Source: Blasia pusilla (taxonomy: Eukaryota). Taken from it: a stretch of 64,000 bases of DNA. The notes beneath the pieces were generated by a model. The model was given only the letters and a program-made list of their open reading frames with translations. It made no database searches and was not told where the DNA came from. The first letter of the stretch is position 1. Each line of letters begins with the position of its first letter. The translations under genes and the position numbers were made by a program. The stretch spans positions 13,144,001 to 13,208,000 of the forward strand of contig CM114271.1 in the NCBI GenBank assembly GCA_050084515.1. The letters run 5' to 3'. Below, piece by piece: positions 40,600-52,995 of this stretch.

Positions 40600-43500
40600 G
40601 ATTACGAACTCATTCCCTCATAGCCGTCATTGGTGGGTGGCTCATTTACTCCCCACATCCTCTTTTTTGGTGTTTCCAATTTCTTTCATAACTTTCTTCT
40701 CGAATGTCGGTTTTGGGCGTGTTTGGGCCTATTTCGATCGTCTTGACGAGCTCGTTCTTTTGATATCAAGTAGGTTTTCCACTTTTTTTTTTCCTTCTTT
40801 GTAGGCGCCTATTTTTGGGTACGGGTTTGTTTTAGGTCAATTCCTCCCAACAGTCTTCCTTGCTCTTTCAACTCCTTACCTTATTGTTTCGCCCCTACAT
40901 ACGTTTAGGACATTAGAAATTCATATTCTTGAGCCACCTCTTCCGATACCATATCCATCACTTTTCCTTTTTAATTACTTTTTATATTTTTCTTATAGTA
41001 ACTTTCAATCATAAATTCCGTATTGCCTAATCTTCATCTCTCCACTACTTTTGCTTTGTTCGTTATCCTCATGCTTTCTCCAAACCACGTTTCGTATGTC
41101 TTTTCTTGTCTTCGGAGACTTGCCTACCTTTACTTCTATGTCATCAGAGATAGAGTTGGATTCTCCATCTACTCGCTTATCTAGTTTTACACGCCCTCCT
41201 ACAGCCGTAACCTCTCCCCCCTGGTTCACCTCCTCATCGTCGATCTCGCCATTTTCCTCTAGATGCTAATACACCCATTACACTCGCAACATTTCTTCCG
41301 GATTCTCCTCTTCTCCCTTCTCCGCCTTGTCCTATTGAGCCTAATCCTGATCCATTATTACTGAATCCTTCTACTTTGCCATCCCCACATATCTCATCTA
41401 TGCCCTTGCTTCCAACTCCCATCTATTCTACCCGAATCTCCCCTCTTCCTTCTCCTCCTTCCCCAACCTATTTAACCCCTCATCGTTGGCCATCACCATC
41501 TCTTGCACCTCCCACCTCCTCTCCTTGTAACCCTTCTACTTCTCCATTTGTACCAAAGGTTCGTTGCATACCTTGTGGTAAGGACTTTGCTCCTAATGGG
41601 ATCAAAAGACATCAGCGGTATTGTCCATCCATGCATGGGCCTTCAATCCCTAACCCGATACCAACTCCTACTGCACTCCCCACAACAACTGCTTGGACCT
41701 GGTTAAGCCAAATGATCTCCTTCGCTCTTTCCATCCAGGTCTTCCTCGTCCTAGACTCTACACTCGCATTCCTATTGCTCTTCGCCCCATCACCCAACAA
41801 GCTTTGCTATTCCCATTAGAAAGGTAAGCGCGTCACCCCACAAATATAAATGCTTGGTATCTCCTATTACTCTTCCCACAATGGGTTCTAGTCCTCCCTC
41901 CAAGGGGTGCAACGGGTCATCGTGAAACCTCCACACGTATTCAACGCTTTATGTCAGGGGATTGGGAGGATCTTCAGAATGAGCATGTACTTCGAGCTGA
42001 GGCCTTAGCTGCGACTCATCCCACTCAACATGCCAATCATGGGAGGCCTTCAATACAACAATGCCTTTGACGAAGTCTACTATTGGGGCAAGTTGGTGAG
42101 TTTTCACGTGCAACTCGAGCATTGGGTCCTCTTTCTCCGGCGGTTCCAAGTGCGGAAACAGTGCCTCTCTTAGAAGCTCTTCATCCTTCTTCAAGTGGCG
42201 ATGCTCCATCTTTTGTGGAAGACTATACAACAGACCTTGACTTGGAGCTTGACTTGGAGGTTTTCACAAGGGATTTTCTACATACTCCTCGCTTATCAGC
42301 AAGCGGGCTATCAAGGATGGTTTTTTTGCATCTCCGCGATTGCTTTATCCCAGCAGACTCAGCAAGTGGCTTTGTCTCTCTATGTAATGTATGTGCACAT
42401 ATGGCAGCAGGTCGTCTCCCATTCTCTATCTCTAGGCTCTTAGGGGCTTGTCGTTTGTTGGCTATGGATAAGCCTCCTTCAGGTATGCGCCCTTTGGCTA
42501 TTGGAGAGGTTTTATACCGCTCGGTCAGTTGATCCCTATGCTTGCAATTTCGTCCTCACTTTAGTGCCCACTTATTTCCTCATCAATTTGGAGTGGCAAC
42601 TCTTGGAGTTTGTGAGGCTGTGGTGCATGGGATTCGCTCCACTCTTCATGTTCATCCAGATTGGGTAGCAATTCAAGTCGATGTGGCTAACGCATTCAAT
42701 TCAGTTTCTCGTGCGGCCATCTTTGAGGAATTACGTTGTGCAGGAGGACAACTCGCGAGCCTCATTCCATTTGTTCGCTCCTTTTATGCCTATGATACGC
42801 CCATTATCTATTCCCATCATGCTACTCCTGGGGAATATAGTATTCTACAATCGGCTTGTGGCACACGTCAAGGTGATCCCATGGGGGGCCCACTCTTTGC
42901 CATTGCCCATTTTTGTGCCCTTCGAGCATCAGGGCAAGCATTTCCATCTTGTCTTTTCCCTTCTATTGCTGATGACACTCGCATTTTAGGTCCTCCTTCT
43001 GAAGTGGTTCTTGCTTATACCCATTTCGTGGAGCAATCTCTTTCTTAAACCTTAAAGTCCAACCTAGTAAATATGGAGTATGGTCTCCTTCATGCCTTCC
43101 CTCAACATTCACTCCACCTACTCCTGATTTTCCCATTTACATTGAAGGGGTTAGAGTTCTTGGGGTCCTAATTGGCTTCATCGACTATGTCTCAAAGTTC
43201 TTGTTTGAAAGACCTGGAATGGCTTCATTTATTACCTCATCTTGGGGATCCCCAAGTGGCTTATGGGATTCTCTCCCAATGTTTTCTTCGATGTCCTTCC
43301 TACCTTCTTCGCACTTGTCCTCCCACTTCAAGCTTCTTACATCGGCTGGCCTCTTTTGATGCTTCTATCTTGGCAACTTTTGGTCAACTTCTTGGCCCGA
43401 ATACCTTTGAGGGAGAGGATAGTGTCTTTGCTTCACGACAAGCTATCTTGCCTATTTCTTTTGGAGGGGTGGGACTATCCTCCACAGTCACATCTGCTCC

Positions 43501-44740
43501 CGCAGCCTTTTTGGGGAGTTGGGCGTTGGTAGCACCGATTATGGCTTCAAGGTTTCTCCAAGGAGATACATCTATCTTGATGGATCATATCGCCCATGTG
43601 GAGGAGGGGGACTTGTTATTTCAACAACAACTAAGATGTGCACGAGCTCTTCTTCCTCTTGCTACACAAGCAATTCTACCCCCTTTCAGTCAACTAATTA
43701 CAGAAGGGCTTGATTGACTTCAAGAGCATATCTCCGAGAATCTGCATCAAATCAACTTTTCCAGCATTCTCTCAAAGGCATCCTCTGAAGCTAATCGAGC
43801 TCGTCTACGTTCATGTGCGGGTACCAGAGCGGGGGCGTGGCTTACTGCAAATCCTCTTATTCTTCCATTTCGTCTTCCTCAAAGTATATTCTCGACAGCT
43901 TTGCGGTTACGTCTTGGACTTCCCCATCCTTCTCTCTTAGGTGTGCCGAATTGTGTATGCGGGGATCCCATTGATGCCAAGGGTATCCATATTCTCTGAT
44001 GTGCACATGGTGGAGAACGAATGGCCACACATGATGTCATTAGAGACGCGGTAGCATCGGTGGCTCGTACGGCAGGATACACCGTTGGGCAAGAGCAACT
44101 CCATGTCCTACCTTCAACCACACAAGCAACCTCTCGTCGGAGAGTGGATCTTGTTCTGTCTCGAGGTGGATTCCGGACACTAGGTGATGTGGTGGTTGCT
44201 GATCCAACACGTTCTGACTTGGTGTGTAGAGCCGCACATACCAAAGGTTTGGCAGCCGAAGCTGCAGCAAGAATCAAGGAGTTAAGTTATGCTGTGAGAC
44301 ATGCGACTGACGGATTTATTCCGTTTGCAATGGAAGTATTCGGTCATTTACATGTGTCTTTTGATACTTTCCTGAAAACATGTGCTCACCACTCCCTTGA
44401 GAATCATCACCTTGCCCCTTCCCGTAGTCCTTCTCTCTCGGTTGTTACTACTTATTTTAGGCAATGCATCTCAGTGGCCTTACAACGTGCACAAGCCTTG
44501 GCATTAATACGTTGTGCGGAGGTGGTGGGAGGTCGCTCGCCTCGTCGTCCATTCACGTCTGACCAACCACTCGTGTTCTTGTCAGACTTGTTTCAGGAAA
44601 TCAATCGTGTTGCTCGTTGAGCCGGTGTTTACGTGGGCTTGTTGCCGTTTTCTTTTTGCATTCTTTTATGCATTTTTTTACTCCTCTTTTGAGTTGTTAT
44701 TACCTTTCTTTGTCCTCTTTTGAGGTTTATTTTATAATAA
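40600..44740 (+). mobile_element. CRE-like non-LTR retrotransposon with restriction-like endonuclease, near full length, ORF disrupted; 5' boundary approximate
   Basis: N-terminal Zn finger CIPCGKDF...HQRYC. RT motifs GMRPLAIGE, QFGV, DVANAFNSVSR, GTRQGDPMGG and IADD. CCHC CVCGDPIDAKGIHIL*CAHG. RLE motifs HDVIRD, RRVDLV, DVVVADP, K..Y and FIPFAMEVFG. T-rich 3' UTR ending AATAAA. Confidence 0.88.
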
Positions 44741-46957
44741 AGTGGATTCATTAAAGACAATGTCATAAAAATAAATTATGGAGATGGAATGGGCTTCTAA
44801 TTTGTCTACAATAGAATAAATACATATGAAAAGTCATCCCTTTCTCTCTCCCTCTCCAAGGAAAAATCATATCCTTTTGGGAAACCTTCAAAGAGTCCCA
44901 TTGCCCCGTACATGATAAAAAATATAATACAGTACTGGAAATAGTTTAGAAAGAACTGTGGAGTATAAAACTAATAAAAACTAAAGCATAAAGAAAAGTC
45001 AAAGCGGAGGAGACCATTCCGAGGGCATAAGGAAATCTCGAGGGAAAGAAAAGGCGTATAAAAGAAAAGCAGTGAATGCAGATGCCAAATTTACCAAAAG
45101 TATGTAAGTGGTCGCATTATTTATTTTTTATATATATATATATATATAATTATTATATAGATCCATAGAAAAGACACATTAGGAGGGACAAGCCTAAAGT
45201 TGCGTGGAGGGGCAGGACATGTCCCTCGGCGACCTTGTCCAATGTCGTCGTCCCTAACAAACTCCATCGTCAATCGCCTCACTCAATGGCATGGACTTGG
45301 CTGATCCACACATGATGTCGTGCCAATCAACGCTATGTGCACAACATGATCCTCAACGACGAAAACCTCATCCACGACAGGCTTGTCCTCCCACATGTCA
45401 CCAACACAACTCATCATCTAACATTATAGGTTGGCGCAGGACCTATTTTTGCCATGAACTCTGACCATACGTAAATGGAAGTTAAGATTGGGGCCACGAT
45501 GGGATAGGCCAGATTTTCGAAATTAGAAATGGTCAAAACCGATAAAAAAAAAGTGATCAAAATGGCAAGTTCAAGTTTCAACGGTCCATATCTACTCCAT
45601 AATCATTAGGTTGTGGCTTTTGTCGATGGAACTACAGCTCAGTTGGCAGAACGATAAGGAAATTCTTATGAGAAAATTCTTGCATCTCACCTCGAGATAC
45701 ACTCTCCTAGTCGAGAATGGAGAATGCCGACGCAAATCGGCTGAACTCCACCGGAGAGACGAGATACGATGTTAGATTGGGGAAAAACAACATGAGTCTC
45801 GATTACGAAGAAACTATGCGATGCAAGTTAGAAGGCACCCGCACAAAAGTAATCACTATTCAACATTCGTTTGGAATCATTATAGATGAGCAAGTGGACA
45901 AGAAGTGACGTGTTTCGCCCACAACATAGCGGGAACTGCAACCTTTTCTGCACTCCATGTGACTAGTATTCAGTATAATCATAATACAAAATACTATCGT
46001 TAGATCAAATCGCGATTTGGTGTGCTTTTAGCAGTTGTCCGGTGTATCAAATCAAGTTCTGGGTACTACTCAAATACAGGTCCCAGTCAGACCAAGAAAA
46101 GGGATTTTAATTACGGTAGTCACTGACCAGCAGGTGTCAAAGAACTCGGCATGGCAAAGTAGAAGAGGGATCATCTGATCATCGAGCCAATGAACGTGTG
46201 CATATCCTGGATTGATCCAGTGAAGACGATGTTCACTCGAGGATTTCATCAAGAGAAGACACAAACAACACAATTACCTCAGTAAGGCTCATCACCAGGT
46301 CAAGACAGAAGCTGGTAATTGAATTTGAGATCCCTGTGCTTAGACTTAGCTAGGTCAAAACAGACCACGAATTCCAAGTTCGAGTTTGAGCTTCGGGAGG
46401 TACAATGAACGGAAGAGTCTGTTTCATAGTACTACCTCCAGAATTTGAGGCGTTGGAGTGCAATATTCATCTGTTCTTTCTGGAACTTACGGCGCCTTCC
46501 AAACTTTGTTAACCTTTTAACCATATATTGAGTAGGACAACAGGGAGTTTTCAAACTTCTCTTCGGTTGGCGGATGGTGTCTTGAGGAAAGTGTCCAATT
46601 GATAGCCATTATACACACTCGAAGTCCACCTAAATGCTATCTCAGAAAGTTGAGTGTGTTTCTTGCACCGAATTTTGGGCTGCGTATTTCCCCGTGCTGA
46701 GGAAGCTACAAAAGGCCGTGATACACCCAGACCTCCGCAATGGGCATTCGGCATAACATGATTCAAACTATACAAAGATGGTACAACAGGAGGTCATAAG
46801 CCTCTGTTTGTCGGAACTACCCTTTCTCCCTACTAGCCGTGTAGGAGAACCAAAGAGAAGCCAGAGGAGCTGAGTTTTGAGTGAACGTGATTGGTGACTG
46901 GAGAGGACCAGCGCCTACCTTTTAATAGGCAGTAATCACCTGAATTTCTTAGGGTCT

Positions 46958-49155
46958 TCATGCACTTGCTGCTGCTCTAGGAGATATCTTCTCAGGACTG
47001 TCAGGTAATAGAGATTTCTCAACTTCAGGTACCGTAGTTTTCTCATCCAGACCTTCGGGTACGATACCCCACTGCGACTGGATCCACCTTTCAACTTCTA
47101 AGAGATCGGGGAAGACAACTGATCCACTTTCCCTCCAAATTTTTGATTCAGGGGTGGAGAACCGATCCAAGAGAGCCGCATGCATGCCGATGCTTTTAGC
47201 TGGTATGTAGTCCTTCTTAATACTGTCCCCAATATGCAATGCCTCAACAGGGTTTTGTACATTGGCCATCCGCAATGCCAATTCATATATTCTGGAATCT
47301 GGTTTCTCCACTCCGTCTATGCCCGAGAAGACTCCGAAATCCCACTCTGTTCCCTGCTAGACAGTCCACGTACGATCTTAAACCCAAGCACGAGATCGTT
47401 GACAATGCTGGAACGTACGGCCGGAAAACTTGACCGATTACAGTAACACCAGTCTTCTTCCCATTCCTATCAGGTACTCTAGGACCTACCGACGCTTGCT
47501 GCTATGTTCTGCAGCTTCTGCTGCCCATGCTTCGGGGAGTTTTTTCCCGGGAGCCGTTACGATGCCGGTTTGTTGCAGCTGGAAACGGAAAGTCAGGTTT
47601 TCAGATACAAAGAAATGCCTCATTTCCAATAACTCCAGCTTTTTGACGACGATGTGTGATTTTTACCGGCTAGGTTTCCGAGTGACCCGGAACATTGCTG
47701 CTACTCTTACAAGTGTCGTAGGCGGTTAGCTTCATTGAATAATTTGGAGCTTGGCAGCTTGACTGTAACGGATTCACGCTACATGGGAAAATCTGGCATT
47801 CTACTACAGCATTGAAGGAAAGGTTACCTGATTAAGACCCAATGCAGGCAGAATCGCATCTCGATAGCGGTGCTCCGCATTGCTGACAACCCCAACGATT
47901 ATACCCTGTTTCCGTATCCATCTTAGAAATGGTATCGCATCCGGAAGCAGTGAATATGGTGTCGCAGAGCCGAACGTCCTGTATATACGTATGAAGATTT
48001 TCTCCAGTGTTTCATCATCGTAAGCGTAGCCGGCCTGAACATCGATAGTATCACGACAACCAATTAGTGCTTAGTTTTACTGTCCGCTTACCTTGTCTCT
48101 TTAGTTCCAGAATTCCACGCCAACAAATAAAATGATAGACATTTGTAGACGAACGGATTTCAAAATGGGAGCTGCCGAGAGCCTCTAGTTTGTGAGAAAT
48201 GAAGAGCAGAAATTCAGTTTCATTTCCATTCTAGCGTCGATGGATAAGAAAAAATAAATTTCTCTACATTGAGAGACCAGCGGTGAGCTTCGTGGAATGG
48301 GGGATATGTCCGGATGGGAATTGTGAACTTCCCCAAGATGAAGGAAAAATGAGTCTGGAGCATCCTCAACAATCAGCCCTGTCCTTTCTTGCGAATTTAC
48401 CAAAGAGCTTATGGGTCAAGTCTACGAATCGGAAGGCATTGTTACCGTAACTACCCAGAGCGGGATCAGTGCCTCGGAACAGGGCATACCAATCGGGGCA
48501 TAGTCAATACGGTCTAGTCTACTCGGCGTGCATTTTGAAGACTCCTTAAACACCTATACACAAGAAGCACCCACGAAGATGGCGACTGCGTAATCCATCC
48601 CATGCCCACCGATTGTTGCAAATTACAACGACAGAAAGAACGACGAAATTTAAGTAAAGAGTGCAAATCGAAGTGCGAAAATCATCACACGGCAACCAAC
48701 CCCAAGCCAACTATGGGATACAGTCGGCAGGCCGTTCCTGCATTTCGTTCGTAGTCTGTCCATGCCCAATTGGTCGATGAGCAGGAGTGTCTCCCAGCAT
48801 CCACCTGACCTGAGCTAGTGACTCTTGAGAAACCCCCATCAACGCAAAGAAAGCTCACCTTTCTGAATGAATTGTGTACAACAGTGCGCCACCACTCGAT
48901 GTTGGGCATATTCACTGCGTGGCCAAAGCACGGATACTGGTTTGCCATCTCCTTGTAAGCCAACTTGAACCCCTCGTGCATCCGATCATAATCCGGGCAC
49001 GGGAGTCCCACTCTCTTAGCTGCCAGACAATAGTAATCCCCCAAGCTTCCCTTGTACGCGATGAGCGTGCCCGTCACGTCCACCGTCACCAGCTTCAAAT
49101 GCGGCAGTGACTGCCGCAGCACCGGCCCAGCGAACCCCGCAAATCTCATCGCCAT
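46958..49155 (-). CDS. HAD-superfamily hydrolase, HDHD3-like, ~299 aa; exons 49155-48859, 48034-47828, 47353-46958
   Basis: Motif I VTVDVTGTL, motif II GVVSNAE, motif III GVEKPDSRIY, motif IV LHIGDSIKKDY. Two phase-0 GT-AG introns give an uninterrupted frame. Confidence 0.93.
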
Positions 49156-51922
49156 CGCTCAATCAAAATCCACAATCAAGCCCTCAACAGCACAACACAC
49201 GGCAAGTTACGAAACCCGGGAAAAAAATTCCACCCTCGGCCTGTGACTCCTCCTCCACAGCTAAAGAAACCTACCATCAAGTTGAGCTCGTCGACCCAGA
49301 GCGAACCCCAAATTTTCTCTCCCCCTTGTGTAGGTCGCTGCAAATGAGATCGTCCTTCCTGTGATCGATCTTAAAGACGGCTCAAGGCGGAATCCAAGGT
49401 AGCCGCAGAGCCATGCAGAAATCGAGGCACCGCACTCGAGCAATTCGCACTGCTCGCACCGAAGCAACTTCTAACGCCGCATCAGCCACCGCTGCGGTTC
49501 GGAAGAACACAATGTGCTCTTTCCTATCCAGCTAGCGGAGCAACCGAGCTGAGTCAGACTAGACGGGACAAGCGACGCAGAAACCCCCCATGCGGCAGTG
49601 GTCGTCGCGAAACCAATCAGCAGACAGCTACTTGTTGGAAAAGTGCTGGAATCCATTTTTTTCACAAAATTCACTCCATTCAACGCTTGTGGAGATGGTC
49701 TCGTGCGGGGATCCGCACTGCTGACATGCCCACCACGACGAGGTCGGTTCGGCTCAACCACGATCACACCAGGCAGCTACGTCTGATCCACCTTACTCCT
49801 TCCGTACTACCATTCTCGTGGAGGCGTAACCATTAGCCATAAGATTACGCTCACCTCCAAGAGTTCAAGCTGTCCACTCACAGGTATTTTCCCTGCCTCC
49901 ATATATGTCGCGCAGAAGCGGCCACGGAACTACGTAGTGTGTGAACTACGTATGCTCCCTGCCCCCACCGCACCCTCTCCCTATGGACTGTAACAGTTGC
50001 TTCTTGCAATTTTATTTTATCTCCTTTCCGAGCGAGCTACTTTGGATTGTGGGAATTTTATTCAGATTTTATTTATTACTTCAGATTTTAGGCTCGTTAG
50101 CCAACCACTCGATGGGGTCCATCGTAGGATCGTTTGACATGGACAACCATCGACGGACAGTCACAAAAAAGAGGAAAAAATGAACTCAACAGTTCAATTG
50201 GGACACGCAACGTTTGAACGAACCAGTACTAACATGTACTCAAGTGGTCGCTATGTAGCACCCGCCCCACGTTGATTTTATAGAAATTCAAACTTGAAAA
50301 TATGATACTGATGATGAAATTGTGGGTCATGTCAAAAACCGGATTTTCTTGCAAATGAAGAGTAGTAAGATGCTAAGAACGAAGTAATCCACTACGCCGA
50401 CTACTTGGTTGTTTCCACTCCAACCAAGACTACCATTCTCCTCGTTCTTTAGTATGAGAACACTAGGAAAATTATGTTAAAAAACTATTTATTTTCCAAA
50501 ATTACAAGTTTATCATCTCTTGGAGACTTATGTCATAACGACAACACCATAAAAATCGCTTCCCGTATCCCGTGAATATGGCCCATGTCTTTCCATTTAT
50601 TCGTTACGATGGGATTACCCATGGTTTCAACCCCTTCACCGATACGTGGTTCGTTGCGAGATAAACTAAAAATACTGGGTTTATTATCCTAAATACGCTA
50701 CACTTCAAAAAGAAAATCTCATTGTCGTAGCCTTTGGACGTGTAAGAAAATCTGCCAGCATCACGAACATGAAAATGTGTATATCGTAAAGGATAGTGAT
50801 TCTAATTGCATTGAAACAATTCGTGCATCTTACTCAGAACCATAACCCGGACCAAAGCACATCGTGCTGTCTGCGTTTGAACTTCCAATTTTGGCCATCC
50901 CTTTTACTTCGTTTTCTTCATGTGTTGTAAGTAAGAGTGTTGACTTTATAGGGCGTGGGACACGATGTCAGGTTTTGGATTTATTCCCACTGGCGGTAGA
51001 GTCACATGACTTTTCACTTATTTTTCTCGATGTTCAACATCGTCAAACATTCAACTTATTCGGGTCTGAACTCTATACTCATTGACAAATGCATGTCCTT
51101 ATTTTCTACCACCACTTCGATTAGTAGTGAAACCGACTTTTCTTTACATGCCATGCTTCCATTGACTCATGAGTTTTTCCAAAATTTAGAGACTGCTTAT
51201 AAGCTATTTGAAATAATAACATCTCCAAAATAATCCAAATTATTAACCGAGGATGAGTAATAATCAATCTTCAAAGGTAGGAAAATCCAAAAATTTCAAG
51301 AATTTTAATAACACTCTTTCATTCAAAGCTGATTTAAGGAAAATAAAAATTTTGGAAACTAATGAAGTCATTGATCATATTTTTAATTATATCATCCATT
51401 TTTTAAATAAAATTGACCTCTGCTTCGTATGGGCATCCTCTCGTTACATATTCGAACACTCACTACTAGTAACAATATTGCAAAAGACAAAATTCGGAAG
51501 TCAAATTATTAGGGCATCCATATGTTTGAGAAGTTGGAATGCAACTTTCAAACAATTGAAATACACATAAGAGGCCCGCCGCCCCCTCCTAGCCTTACAA
51601 ATTAGCCACTTCTTCGATTTCTTTTGAGCAGTTATTCAACTCCGGAAGAAGGAAGGGAAAGATATTTGTACCTCAGTGATCCAATACTCCACTGTGATCA
51701 AACATAAGTGGATCAGAGATTTCCATCATTCAAACTCGGGAAAACAGTCAAATTTGAAATGTTTTCCAAGGAATTGTGATCCGCTTTTGTAAAAGGGTTA
51801 ACGGAGTCAAAGACCCAAGAAAAGACCAAGCAATTCAATGACTTAGGTGAGTCTTTCCCACTTCTTATTATGACCCTTACAAGTTCTCCATGTTTTTTTC
51901 TCTTCCATCTAGCCTATCCATA

Positions 51923-51969
51923 TGTAAACCAATGTGGAGCCCTCTCAAAGGGCCCCACATTGGTTTACA
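51923..51969. repeat. 21-bp inverted repeat (20/21 match), 5-nt loop
   Basis: TGTAAACCAATGTGGAGCCCT-CTCAA-AGGGCCCCACATTGGTTTACA. Confidence 0.9.
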
Positions 51970-52082
51970 AAGGACTTGATTTGGTTAGTAAGTAAACTTT
52001 AACTCGAAAGTAGTTATCACCCTTATAACTTCTATATGTTCTTTCCTAGCCATCTTAAACACATGTTTGATAATTATTGTTA

Positions 52083-52268
52083 CTAGTTAGGGCCCGTGCG
52101 ATGCACGATCTTATAATTCAATGTAATTATATATATTTACTATATACACTCCCAGGTTTTTAAAAAAAATGCCATGCATCATAAATTCACAAACTAAAAA
52201 ATTCATAAACACCTATTTAACCATCAAGTTGTCGCCATTTAAAGGACGCTTGTCAACACTAGTATAGA
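52083..52268 (-). mobile_element. Mini-Helitron (186 bp)
   Basis: Minus strand A|TCTATACT...CGTGCATCGCACG-GGCCCTAA-CTAG|T: canonical ends and A|T target. Confidence 0.8.
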
Positions 52269-52995
52269 TTATCTCCCCACCCCCCTTAAGGGATCGATTC
52301 GATGAGCACGTGCGGAGGTCGCACGGACCCATTTTTTTGGGTCCAAAAAGTTTATCTAACGGATTACGAGGGAAAAATCCTCCGGTTTCAATTAATTTCT
52401 GACCGATTTCAGTTAAATGGATCGCGAGGAAATTGGATGAATTCTGCGACCACAAATTTGGGAACAAAAAAATCAGCCACACTCTATACCTTGCGCATGG
52501 AGTCCACCCCTGAGTGGTTGAACATGGAGAGCAAAATCCAACTCAACAAGCGAAACCCTGAATCACTAATCTAACGAAGTGGATCCGACCAAGAGTTAGA
52601 CCGAGTTGGAGGAAACCACAACAAGTGTAATGCCGTCCACAGTAATAGCAGACACGATCCCTTCCGTACGTGCATAACCCCGGTCTCTGGCGGCGTACGC
52701 AATAGGCACGTTGAGACCAGGATTCCACATCTCACGCGCTCTTTCGGACATTCTTGCGGAGTGAGACGAATATCCCTCAAGTGATGGACGGCGTTGGACA
52801 CGAAGGAAAACAACGTGTCAACACGGCGTCTGATTATGACTGTGATAGAGCGCGACGTATTCTATGGTCAGAAGTCGGCAGTCCCCTAAGGCATAGTCTT
52901 CAAATTTGCAAGGTGTCCCACTTGTGGTTTGCAACCGTAGTTTTATACAACATCGTTTTTATGGAACGTCGTGGACAAAATAGCGACGTTTCATT

